16,631 bases of DNA from Fusobacteriota bacterium (GCA_051746725.1 JBNJFI010000042.1:1-16631); one strand, 5' to 3'. Positions 1 through 9,500 are shown, counted from the first letter of the stretch. Translations and numbers: made by a program. Notes: generated by a model from the sequence alone, not told the origin.

Positions 1-1
1 G

Positions 2-403
2 ATAAGGTGGAGTCGAAAAGCTAAATATATGGATACCTTTGAATATTATAAAGGGCTTATAAAACTTAGAAAAGAGCATTCTGCTTTTAGGATGGATAGT
101 GCTGAAAAGATAAAAGAAAATTTAAAATTTTATGATCTTAAAAATGAAAAAGATGAGATTCAAGAATTAGTTGTTTCATATACTCTAAATGGAAAAAACA
201 CAGAAGATACCTGGGATAATATATTTGTAATATATAATGGAAATAGAGAAGATGTAAAAGTAAAAGTCCCAAATGTATTACAGGGTGAATGGGATATGGT
301 AGTTAATGGCAAAAAAGCAGGGACTGAGGTTATCAAAAAAGTGGATCTTTCTAGTGGAGAGATGACTTTGGATGGTAGTTCGGCGGTTATATTGAAAAAA
401 TAA
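2..403 (+). CDS. pulA: Probable type I pullulanase (GH13 debranching enzyme), C-terminal fragment truncated by the window edge
   Basis: The frame is open from nt 2: IRWSRKAKYMDTFEYYKGLIKLRKEHSAFRM...DTWDNIFVIYNGN...WDMVVNGKKAGTEVI. This matches the end of the catalytic domain and the C-terminal beta domain of type I pullulanases. The ATG at 29 is internal, and the catalytic residues lie outside the window. Confidence 0.85.
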   Translation: MRWSRKAKYMDTFEYYKGLIKLRKEHSAFRMDSAEKIKENLKFYDLKNEKDEIQELVVSYTLNGKNTEDTWDNIFVIYNGNREDVKVKVPNVLQGEWDMVVNGKKAGTEVIKKVDLSSGEMTLDGSSAVILKK

Positions 404-660
404 GGAACTATCCATATCATATAAAGAGGTAAATATTTTTAGAATACCGGTCAATCACAAAAAGGTATAAGATAAAAGCAAAAGATGATTGAGTCACCAA
501 TTTACAACAATGGAATACCAATGAGAATAAATAAGATTCTAATTTTATAAGTAATTTTGTTGTTAGATAGTTATAAATTAGAACCTTAAGGAATTTTTTG
601 AGGATATATATGGATAAAATTCCTGAGTAGTTATAAAAATAATAAAATAATGAGAAGATT

Positions 661-694
661 AAAATAGAGGTGGCCTTGCCACCTCTATTTTTTT
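661..694 (+). terminator. Rho-independent terminator downstream of the pullulanase gene
   Basis: Perfect 14-bp inverted repeat AAAATAGAGGTGGC (661-674) / GCCACCTCTATTTT (678-691) with loop CTT, running into a T-tract that ends at 694. Confidence 0.85.
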
Positions 695-749
695 GGAATA
701 TTAACAGAATTCTAAAATTTATAAAAAATGATCGGACATTCAAAAAAAG

Positions 750-778
750 TTGAATTATAGGTTGAAAAATGGTATAAT
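750..778 (+). promoter_or_regulatory. Sigma70/SigA-type promoter for giant protein 1
   Basis: TTGAAT (750-755), 17-nt spacer, TATAAT (773-778), with an extended -10 TG at 770-771. Confidence 0.75.
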
Positions 779-902
779 ATATCTAAATAACAACCATGTT
801 GTAATAAAAACAAACATATTATATTTCAAGGATTAAAAAATGAAGGTTAAAATGTATGTATATGAGGTTAAAAGATTAGACAAAAAAAGGGAGATGGTGT
901 AT

Positions 903-3900
903 ATGTTGAACAAAAAAGGGTGGATTTTATTACTGGTTTTAATATTGGGTTCAATAGCTTATAGTTTGGATATAACTTATAAGGTGAAACTCCCAACTTG
1001 GGCTGATCCTGGGGTAACTGTAGAGGCAGCTAGGGGATTCAATGATAATGTGCCCGATACGAGTGATAATGAAGATGGGGGTTATTATGTAATATCTTTT
1101 ACGGATGTGAATGAAAATTTTAATGTTAAATTCAAACAAGGTAATGAAGAGAAATATAGTGAGTGGAAAAAAGTTCCTAATCCTAGTAGTGGGACTTATT
1201 ATATCGATTTAAGTACGGATGATAATTTAGTTAATTGGAATGATAATAAATTTGAGATTCATGATAATGCAATTACAAAATCAAAAACAGTGGCGTGGAA
1301 CGAGGTTTTTCATGAGCAAGAAAATCAAACTTATGTTCAGGTATCTGGCTCAGCTATAAATTTATATTTAAGAACAAAAAAGGATAATGTAGATGAAGTA
1401 AAATTAAGATATTGGGATGGAGCACAAAAGTTCGCAGATGGAGTATTGGACAGAACAGAAGGCGATTATGATTATTGGAAAACTTCGATATCATCGTATG
1501 ATAGTACCAAAGATTATTGGTATATTTTTAAATTGGTAGCAGATAATGATGAGGATAAATATGGTATTTATGGGATGGAAGAAGATGCAAGTGATTTAGG
1601 GAAAAATAATTTTCCTCTAATACTTAGAAATTATGTAACTGATATAGATGTAAAACCTGATAGTGGGTCGATAACCGAAGATAATGGAACTTTACAGATG
1701 AGTGCAGAAGTAACCCCTTCAGATGCAGAGAATAGTAATGTAGAGTGGAGTGTATCGGATAGATCTGTGGCTTCGATAGATGAAAGTGGGGTTCTGCATG
1801 CTCTATCTAATGGAACTGTTAATGTTATAGCTACTGCAACAGATAGTTCAGAAACTGTTGGTAGTGAAGAAATTACTATTACAAATCAAAGTATACCTAT
1901 AGTTAAAATAAATTTAGATATGTCGGATTATGTAGGAACTGTTTCTCCTGGAGGAATAAAATTTAATGGAAGTGTTAATAATGAAGCTAAAGATTCTCTT
2001 CCTGTGGAATGGAGAAATGATGATGGGAATTTTAATTCTGGACCTTTTAGTTGGGAAAGTGATGTCGTATTAAAAGATTTGGATGATGATGACATATATA
2101 GTGCTGAAGTTAAATTTTTAGGATATGTAGGAAATATACTAAATAAAAATAAAATAAATACTGGAGATCCTTCAACTGGTTGGGAGGACGGTCTTGTCAC
2201 AAGTAATGGAGATGATAATAGAAAAATTCGTATCACTGGGAATGATCAAGTTCTAGATTTAAAATGGGATGTAGAAAGTAGAGGAGGATATGTTAGGATT
2301 GATTCTGTTGAAACAAGTGAAGCGGATTATCCAGAAGTAGATGTTAAGTTCACAACAAAGATGGAAGTTGGTTCTAATATAACTGAAGTCGATATTTCAG
2401 ATTTAAAAGAGACAAAGGCTAATAATAGTAGTGATATTCAAACTTATGACGCAAGTTCTATTTTGTTATTAACTAAATCTGCGGTGACGATTGAAGGCGG
2501 AGATGTTATAACGACTACAGAGCCAGGAAGTGGTGCAACGGCGGTCCGGGGGGTAATAGCTATTGATACTTCGCGATCTATGATTGACTATGGAATAGCA
2601 GGTGAGGGGGGCGAACATAAAAGATTGAGAGATACTTATTTTGGATTAAAGGATTATATGACTCATAGTATACCTGATAACAGTGACTATAAATTTAAAT
2701 TAATTGAATATAATAGTAATGGAATTGAATATATATTTTCAGATTGGACTTCGCCAGATGTAATAGCTTCTAAGGCGGATGAAAAGCTTAACAATGCTGG
2801 GAGTTTTGATGATTGGCAAAATCAATATGGGGCAGTTCCTGATGAAGGGCCAACTGAACAAACGGGAGGAGTCTTATCACGCGCTATAGGTGATCTTGAA
2901 AATGAGAGTTCAGCAAAGGTAATCATGTTATTTACTGATGAAAACATGGAAGATGGTGCTAATATAATTAATTTGGCCAGTGACTTAAAGACACTGGATA
3001 TTATTTTGCTCGGAATGGTTTCTTTGAGATTAGATGGAGTTGAAGAGACTTATACAGATCCTTACAGAGATAATAATTTACAAGGTAGATACCCTCATTG
3101 GAAAAATAGCGGCATACATTTTTATGAGTTAAAGAATGAATTGGGAGGAGTTGGAACTAACTCTCCATACTTTAGAATGCAAGAGATCAATAATAGTGGA
3201 GATACGCATATGAATATAAGGAACTTTATGAATGAACAGGATTTTGAAGATGTGGTTCAAAAAAGTTGGGAATATCAAACATGGGAGTTAAGTTATAATA
3301 GTGATTTTCCAAAAGATGGAACTACTAGAAATGTCTATTTTGATATTAATTCTCTGGAAGACGCAACAGATGATTTATCAAGGCAATATAGTGCTCCGCC
3401 AGCCCCCCCACAAGTATTAGTTGAATTAACTAATCCAGCATCAGATGGAGCCGCTTTTACTTCTTATGATGAAAATAACTATTTAGTAGAAGGAAAAGTT
3501 GGAATAGATAATGATAATGATGGAAATGCTGATTCGTATACATTGAAAAGTGGAGATCAAGTCAGCCTTGAAATCTTAGAAAGTGGATTAGATCCAGAAA
3601 TAGTGGAGGGTCCTCTAACTATAAACTCAGAAAACTCAGGTGACTTTAATTCTGATGGAAACTGGTATAATTTTGAATTCTATATAGATAAAAATACTAT
3701 TAGGAATAGTTCAAGTTCAGCTTTTGATGTTAGAGCTACAGGAACTTTAGATGGTGAGATAGGCGAGGTTGAAGTAGAAAACATAACATATGATAGTACT
3801 GCACCTGTAATAAATTCCATGACCTTTAAAAACAGATCGCTTAAAGACTTTTGGGATGGCTACTTTGGAAAATCTGATAGAACAACTCCAAATGAGTATT

Positions 3901-5816
3901 GGAGTTTTGGAGATTCTGAAATAGGATATGGAAAAACAGAAGACAGTATAAAAATAGAATTAAATATAACGGAGGAAAATTTAGAATCAATTAAATTAGA
4001 GGGATTATTTGATTTGGAGTATCCAGCGGATTCTTCGCCAGTTATAATAGAAAATCTGGGGATGCCGAATGTAGATGAAGGGTCAATAACTTTAACTGCT
4101 ATTGCTGTAGATACGGCAGGAAATGAAAGTCAAGGAAAATCTATGGTGGTTCATTTAGATAATACTCCTCCATTGAATTTTAATTTAGATGGAGATAAAA
4201 CAGAGCATAAGCAGAAACTGATTATAAATTTAACTGATGTTGAGGATAATTCTGATGGATCAGGAGTACAAGATGTCATATTTGATGGAACTCATGATGA
4301 GACTTTTAGTGATATAGAAAACCCGAGTACTGTTACAAAAACTTCTATCTTTTTTGCTAGTAATACCGGTCTAGACATAGGAGCCGAGACAGCAAAGTTA
4401 GATAAGTCTGATCAAACAGATGGAAAATATACATATAAGACCGATGGGTTATTAGTTGTAGATAAAGCTGGGAATGTAAATGAATATGGAGAACAAGTCG
4501 AAAGGTATGTTGATACAAAGGCTCCAAGAATGGGAGTGTTAGAAGTTTATAAAATTAAAGATGCTAATGGGATAACTGAATTAGAAGGTAGGACTTTAGA
4601 TACAACGAATAATTGGCTAAAATTAAATGATGAAATAAAAATAATTGCAAAAGATGTTGCAGAGTGGAATATAGGTACAGTAGATGTAAATTATAGTGGC
4701 TTGTTAAATAATGGAACGCAAAGAGTTATTACTTCAGGATCAATTTCTCTAATTGAAAGTAGTGTAGAATTTTACGATGAAAATTCAGATAATGATGATG
4801 CAATAAAAGTGACTAGAATAGATACTCCGACACCTACAAGTATAGGAATATCTCTAGAATTGATAGATAAAGCAGGGAATTCTAAATTAGAAAATATTGT
4901 TGTAAATATAGATAATAAAAAACCAGAATTCTCTAAATTTGAAGTAGTTCCTATTGAATCGGATCAGTGGGATTATGACTCTAATATAATGTGGCCTAAC
5001 CAAACTGTTGTAGTGTATTCAGAAATGGATACAATTACTTACTATGGAGATATTGAAGATTTTGGGGAGGATATATGGTATACTTCTAAGAGTGAAGTTG
5101 GTGTGAATGCAAATATCGAATATGGACCTTCTGGCGAACTTAAGTATAAATTGCATGGGATAGAAAATCATCCTTTTAATGATAAATTACTTTTAGGAAG
5201 CTATGATCAAGGTTTAAAAAATATTCAATTAACGGCAGTTGATAAAGCGGGTAATAAATATACCGAAACCAAAAAAATTGTTTTGGATAATAAAATTGAT
5301 GTAAGTATTAATAAGGTAAATGATATATCTGAAATATCAGGCGAAACTGCAGATATTATTTTGAAAAAATCTGGAGTAGTTTCTAAAGGGGATAAAATAG
5401 GCGTAATTAGATTTTCTCAGATAGAAGATCTATCAGGTATATTTAGATATAGAATAACTAAAAGATCTGGGGCCCATGGGACTTCATTAATTCAAGGTGG
5501 CTCTGATTTCAGCTTAAATGATATAACTAAATATGCTAACACAAGTGGCGTTTCTGGTGATCTAAGCACCTTAGAGATAAATGCTCCTGCTTCAAGTTCG
5601 TATGGAGGAAGTAGGTTCACATTAAAGATAGAAATATGGGATAGCTTAGGTCACAAAGGTGAATGGGAAGAAGAATATGTAATTAAAGAGAAATTAAAGA
5701 TAAAATCTACGGAAAAAGGTGGAAATAGACAGATTACCACAGAAGTTGATTTGGGTGGAACAGGTGGAGCGATTGATATAGAAGTAGAAGGAAGAAAAGA
5801 AGGCGGAAAAGAATAG
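903..5816 (+). CDS. Giant secreted modular protein 1 (about 1637 aa): signal peptide, CBM-like modules including a CBM34-like domain, Big_2 Ig-like domain, one VWA domain, Ig-like stalk, conserved C-terminal tail
   Basis: The ORF is open from 840, but ATG 903 follows a purine-rich RBS-like stretch (AGGGAGATGGTG) and begins a signal peptide MLNKKGWILLLVLILGSIAYS. CBM34-like region about 1290-1620 (VAWNEVFHEQ...LYLRTKKDNV..V.LRYWD...YDYWK). Big_2 about 1635-1885 (LQMSAEVTPSDAENSNVEWSVSDRSVASIDESGVLHALSNGTVNVIATATDSS). VWA MIDAS DTSRS at 2565-2579 plus IMLFTDE near 2937. Repeated D(K/T)AGN Ig-like motifs occur from about 4110 to 5260. Confidence 0.85.
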   Translation: MLNKKGWILLLVLILGSIAYSLDITYKVKLPTWADPGVTVEAARGFNDNVPDTSDNEDGGYYVISFTDVNENFNVKFKQGNEEKYSEWKKVPNPSSGTYYIDLSTDDNLVNWNDNKFEIHDNAITKSKTVAWNEVFHEQENQTYVQVSGSAINLYLRTKKDNVDEVKLRYWDGAQKFADGVLDRTEGDYDYWKTSISSYDSTKDYWYIFKLVADNDEDKYGIYGMEEDASDLGKNNFPLILRNYVTDIDVKPDSGSITEDNGTLQMSAEVTPSDAENSNVEWSVSDRSVASIDESGVLHALSNGTVNVIATATDSSETVGSEEITITNQSIPIVKINLDMSDYVGTVSPGGIKFNGSVNNEAKDSLPVEWRNDDGNFNSGPFSWESDVVLKDLDDDDIYSAEVKFLGYVGNILNKNKINTGDPSTGWEDGLVTSNGDDNRKIRITGNDQVLDLKWDVESRGGYVRIDSVETSEADYPEVDVKFTTKMEVGSNITEVDISDLKETKANNSSDIQTYDASSILLLTKSAVTIEGGDVITTTEPGSGATAVRGVIAIDTSRSMIDYGIAGEGGEHKRLRDTYFGLKDYMTHSIPDNSDYKFKLIEYNSNGIEYIFSDWTSPDVIASKADEKLNNAGSFDDWQNQYGAVPDEGPTEQTGGVLSRAIGDLENESSAKVIMLFTDENMEDGANIINLASDLKTLDIILLGMVSLRLDGVEETYTDPYRDNNLQGRYPHWKNSGIHFYELKNELGGVGTNSPYFRMQEINNSGDTHMNIRNFMNEQDFEDVVQKSWEYQTWELSYNSDFPKDGTTRNVYFDINSLEDATDDLSRQYSAPPAPPQVLVELTNPASDGAAFTSYDENNYLVEGKVGIDNDNDGNADSYTLKSGDQVSLEILESGLDPEIVEGPLTINSENSGDFNSDGNWYNFEFYIDKNTIRNSSSSAFDVRATGTLDGEIGEVEVENITYDSTAPVINSMTFKNRSLKDFWDGYFGKSDRTTPNEYWSFGDSEIGYGKTEDSIKIELNITEENLESIKLEGLFDLEYPADSSPVIIENLGMPNVDEGSITLTAIAVDTAGNESQGKSMVVHLDNTPPLNFNLDGDKTEHKQKLIINLTDVEDNSDGSGVQDVIFDGTHDETFSDIENPSTVTKTSIFFASNTGLDIGAETAKLDKSDQTDGKYTYKTDGLLVVDKAGNVNEYGEQVERYVDTKAPRMGVLEVYKIKDANGITELEGRTLDTTNNWLKLNDEIKIIAKDVAEWNIGTVDVNYSGLLNNGTQRVITSGSISLIESSVEFYDENSDNDDAIKVTRIDTPTPTSIGISLELIDKAGNSKLENIVVNIDNKKPEFSKFEVVPIESDQWDYDSNIMWPNQTVVVYSEMDTITYYGDIEDFGEDIWYTSKSEVGVNANIEYGPSGELKYKLHGIENHPFNDKLLLGSYDQGLKNIQLTAVDKAGNKYTETKKIVLDNKIDVSINKVNDISEISGETADIILKKSGVVSKGDKIGVIRFSQIEDLSGIFRYRITKRSGAHGTSLIQGGSDFSLNDITKYANTSGVSGDLSTLEINAPASSSYGGSRFTLKIEIWDSLGHKGEWEEEYVIKEKLKIKSTEKGGNRQITTEVDLGGTGGAIDIEVEGRKEGGKE
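5700..5810 (+). repeat. Direct repeat copy 1: C-terminal tail of giant protein 1
   Basis: Ungapped match to 14160-14270 (offset 8460). I counted 14 mismatches over 110 nt. The longest perfect stretch is 25 nt (5779-5803). Confidence 0.95.
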
Positions 5817-5830
5817 CAGAATACTATTTT

Positions 5831-5863
5831 AAGAGGGTTGGCATTTGCTGGCTCTCTTTTTTT
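5831..5863 (+). terminator. Rho-independent terminator of giant protein 1
   Basis: Hairpin AAGAGGGTTGGC-ATTT-GCTGGCTCTCTT (12 bp including four G:U pairs) with a T7 run at 5857-5863, beginning 14 nt after the stop codon. Confidence 0.7.
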
Positions 5864-5868
5864 AGATA

Positions 5869-5886
5869 TAAAAGGTCGACCTTTTA
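5869..5886. repeat. Perfect 18-bp palindrome TAAAAGGTCGACCTTTTA
   Basis: Fully self-complementary with no spacer. It is intergenic, between the terminator and the next promoter. Function unknown. Confidence 0.8.
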
Positions 5887-6001
5887 CCAGAGTAATTTTA
5901 TAGAACTAATTAAATTAATTTAGGAGTGTATGGTTAAAAAGCGAACATTTAAAACGCGAGCAACATATAACCACTTTTTTATAGTAAAGTGCAAAAACTT
6001 A

Positions 6002-6030
6002 TTGATAAAACACAGATAAAATGATATAAT
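6002..6030 (+). promoter_or_regulatory. Sigma70/SigA-type promoter for the small protein + giant protein 2 operon
   Basis: TTGATA (6002-6007), 17-nt spacer, TATAAT (6025-6030), with an extended -10 TG at 6022-6023. RBS AAAGGGG at 6056-6062. Confidence 0.75.
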
Positions 6031-6069
6031 ATAGAGTGAGGTATAGTATATTTAGAAAGGGGTTGTAAT

Positions 6070-6552
6070 GTGATGAAGAAAATTTTAGTAATATTATTAG
6101 TAATTGCTACAATAGCAGTAATTGGATATAACTTTGGAATAAGTGATAGGAAGAAGAGAAGCTTTAAGAGAGGTCTTAAATTAAAATTAAGAGAAAGGAA
6201 TTATGAAAAGGAAGTTGAAAAATTAAACAAAGAGTACATAGAACCGGTTAAAGCAAAAAAGGTTGAGTTAGAAGAGAGACTCAAAAAAGAAAAAGAAATT
6301 GTCGATAAATATTTCAATATTTTGAAGGGGGAAGAAAAAGGAGATATCTATGCTCATATGAAAACAATAGAGGATATGGCAAAGGATATCGAAACTCCAG
6401 AAGAGAAAAAATTAATATATCCTGTATTGATAGATATAAATATGAGAAATGATAGATTTGATAAAGTGGAAAAGTATCGAGGGGAATTAAAGGAATTAGG
6501 AGTTGAATTAGAGGGAAATAATTATAGGATAAATAGGGGGGGGAAAAGATGA
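6070..6552 (+). CDS. Hypothetical 160-aa protein with N-terminal signal/membrane anchor and a helical, coiled-coil-like body
   Basis: RBS followed by GTG (6070) or ATG (6073). N-terminus MKKILVILLVIATIAVIGYNF is hydrophobic. It is followed by a K/E-rich segment (YEKEVEKLNKEYIEPVKAKKVELEERLKKEKE) and a possible TPR-like helix pair at the end. The stop overlaps the next start (ATGA 6549-6552). Confidence 0.8.
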   Translation: MMKKILVILLVIATIAVIGYNFGISDRKKRSFKRGLKLKLRERNYEKEVEKLNKEYIEPVKAKKVELEERLKKEKEIVDKYFNILKGEEKGDIYAHMKTIEDMAKDIETPEEKKLIYPVLIDINMRNDRFDKVEKYRGELKELGVELEGNNYRINRGGKR

Positions 6553-9500
6553 AGAAAAAAGAAAAAACTACAAAATTAATTAAATGTTTCATATTTTTTA
6601 TGTTTATAAGTGTTATGAGTTTTTCAAAATATTATGTAAGTGCAGAATTTAATAACTGGCCTGAAGATACTGCTCAAATGAAAGAAATGGAACAAGGGAA
6701 TAGTGATAATTATTTTACGACGATAAAAATACCAGAATCTGATAGAGAGTTCAAAATCTTTGATGATAATGGGCATATAGGAACAAAACAAGCGGAATCA
6801 AGTGGTTTGTATGAAGTTGGGATATATACCAATGATAATTCTCTCTACGATAATAAAATTTCGAATCCTGGATATAAAATTGATATAAATAATGGTAGTT
6901 CTGAAATTTTAATGGAAAAAGAAAATGAAAGCAATTGGAATTCTATAATAGAAGTAGATAATGAAGTCAATTTTAATATAATAGATAAAGAAGGTTTTAC
7001 TTGGGGAGAAGAACAAACGATTACAACGCCAGGGGGATATCAAGTTAATTTTGATCCTGGTCCTGAGACGATTACAATAACAGAAATGAATGAAATATCT
7101 AAAGAAATTCAAGTTAAAATAGATATGACTGTATTATGGGGAGCTGATTTACCTGAAACTGTTTATATGTTTGCTTATAATGTTGATGGAAGTGGTAATG
7201 CTAGCTCAGATGTAGAGGGTTTAACAGATAAGAATGATAACTCGATAGAAGGATATGATAGAGATAAAAAGGGAACTTCTGAGGAACAGACCACAGCTGG
7301 AGCTTTAGCTTTAACCGATGAAGATGGAGATGGATTTTATGAGGGGACTTTGAATTATGAGGGGTATCCAAAAAGTTTTTATACAAGATTTTATGTTGCT
7401 AATGATGAATATAATATAGTAAATATGCCTAAATATGAAGAACATACTGGATCTGATGAGACTCCAATTACTGATGATATGTGGTTTAGGAAGGTTGAAA
7501 TAAATGATAGTTTGGATCGGATAGATACAGCTTGGGAAAATAAGCCAGTGGAATCATTGGAGTGGGCAGTAATAGATCAAGGAGATGTTTCAGTTTATGA
7601 AAATTTCACAAGGGATTTACAAGTTCTAGCAAAATATGAAAATACGAAAGCTGATCATAGACTAGAAATAACAGAATATATAAATTGGGAATCAACCAAT
7701 GAGAATATTTTTAATATATATACCGTAGGAACGATAAAAGGTATAAATCAAGGAAGCGCAGATCTAAATGTTGAAAGAGGAGATAAAAGGTTATCTAAAA
7801 ATATAGAAGTATTACGGATGACAGAAATGGAAAAAAGACAGTATATAATGGCTATTCCAGATAATGAATTTGGAAAAGTAACATATGGTATAAAAGGAAT
7901 TTCAGGAAGTGAATATGGTGGGAATCAGGTAAAATCTAAGATGGTAACAGATGCATTAGAAGATGATATATATAATAATTCAGAATTTGGAATAACCCCT
8001 TTAAATAATGATGGAATTCAAGGTGATTTTGATTTATGGACTAAGGGGAATGAGTCGCCTGGTAATGTAATTTATATTCCTAGAGAGTTAAACGATAATC
8101 AAGAAATGGAGTCTTTGGAAGTTCGAGAAAAACTAGAGGAAAAAGCTATTTCAGAAGGTAAATTAATTTCAGAGCCTAAAGTACCGGTAAGAATAAAAGA
8201 CGTTTTTGTACAAAAAAATGGTTCTGGAAATAGTTTTTTCTGGATAGAATCTAAGTTTTCGGAATATAAGCAAGCGTATGATAGAGGACAAGATATATTT
8301 TTTCGAGTTTCTAAAATTGACAGTGAGAGTAGTGATGTTTCCTTTTTTGAAGGGAATCCCCTCAAAAAAGTAGAGGATCATATACAAGACTATAAAGATA
8401 ATAACATTGAATATATAGATTTTTTATTTAATTATAATAATCAAAATACTATTGTAAAAGACGGGATAACAGCTGAGTATACTTATGAAAATTTTGTGAT
8501 TTCGGGATTGCCTTTAGGAGAATATAGATTGCAAATATACACAATGAAAAAGAGTAGTGATTATTTTGTGTTTTCGTTTGATGAAGAGGTATCTTTTCAA
8601 ACTCCCCAAGAACCAGTAGGGGGGTTGCAGGTAAAAGATAACTATATATTTGAATCTATAGATGCAAAAGCTTTTAGTGAAATCAAAGTAAATTTTTTAA
8701 CTAGAACAAAAGAAGATATAAACTTAACTAAAGAGGATATAAGTTATAATGGTTTTCCTGGAACTTTAGCAGAAAGGCATTACGGCAATACAGGAGAAGA
8801 AGAATCAATGATTGATGGAAAATTTGCATTACAAGAATCAGCGGATTTGGATGTAATAAAATATCCATTGGATGTGATATTGTGCTTAGATACTTCTAGT
8901 TCAATGTCAGATGATTTAGAGAATTTAAAAAGTGCTTGGGAAGATTTTGAAGATGAGATGTCTCAAAAAAGTGGGTTTGACATTAACTATAAATTAGTGA
9001 CATTTGGAAACAGTAATGATTCTGATATTTGGGTCCAAGGAAATGAAGATGAATGGTTTGAAAGTTTGGATTTATCAAGCATAAATACAGGAACCAGTAA
9101 TTCTTCTCAAGAGCCTTCTGCAGCAGCTATATTAAAAGCGACAGAGATAATGGCCTCTCATGGAAGAAGTATGGATAGAAATTGGACTATAATTGATGGC
9201 CCTAGTGGAGAAATAAAATCACAAAAAATGATAATATTTGTAAGTGATTCAAATACAAAATCTGAAAATCCTACTCCAGATGATTTAGGGAAAAAAATAA
9301 TAGATCAGAATATATTTTTGACTGGAATAGGTGGAGTCAAAAAAGATGGCCGAATGATAGAAGATGATTTAGGAGATACAGCTCATTATCCCGTAAATAA
9401 AAATAATGAAAATGAACAACATTATTATCATCTTAAATTGATATTGGGGGATAGATTTAAGTTTTATCAGATGGGGAGTACTTCGGATAAGTATGAAGTC

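Noticed and set aside
840..902. Upstream ATG starts (840, 852, 894) for giant protein 1
   Set aside because: ATG 903 gives a canonical signal peptide right after an RBS-like stretch, and the extension from 840 has no signal character. ATG 894 cannot be fully excluded.
3403..3409. C7 run at the VWA/stalk junction of protein 1 as a phase-variation tract
   Set aside because: It is explained by the Pro-rich linker APPAPP, and several G6 runs occur elsewhere in these genes, so it is not exceptional.
5911..5922. Palindrome TAAATTAATTTA
   Set aside because: A purely A/T 12-mer is expected by chance in this composition.
5930..6019. 29-codon ORF MVKKRTFKTRATYNHFFIVKCKNLLIKHR after AGGAG
   Set aside because: RBS spacing is only 3 nt, it overlaps the predicted -35 box, and nothing else supports it.
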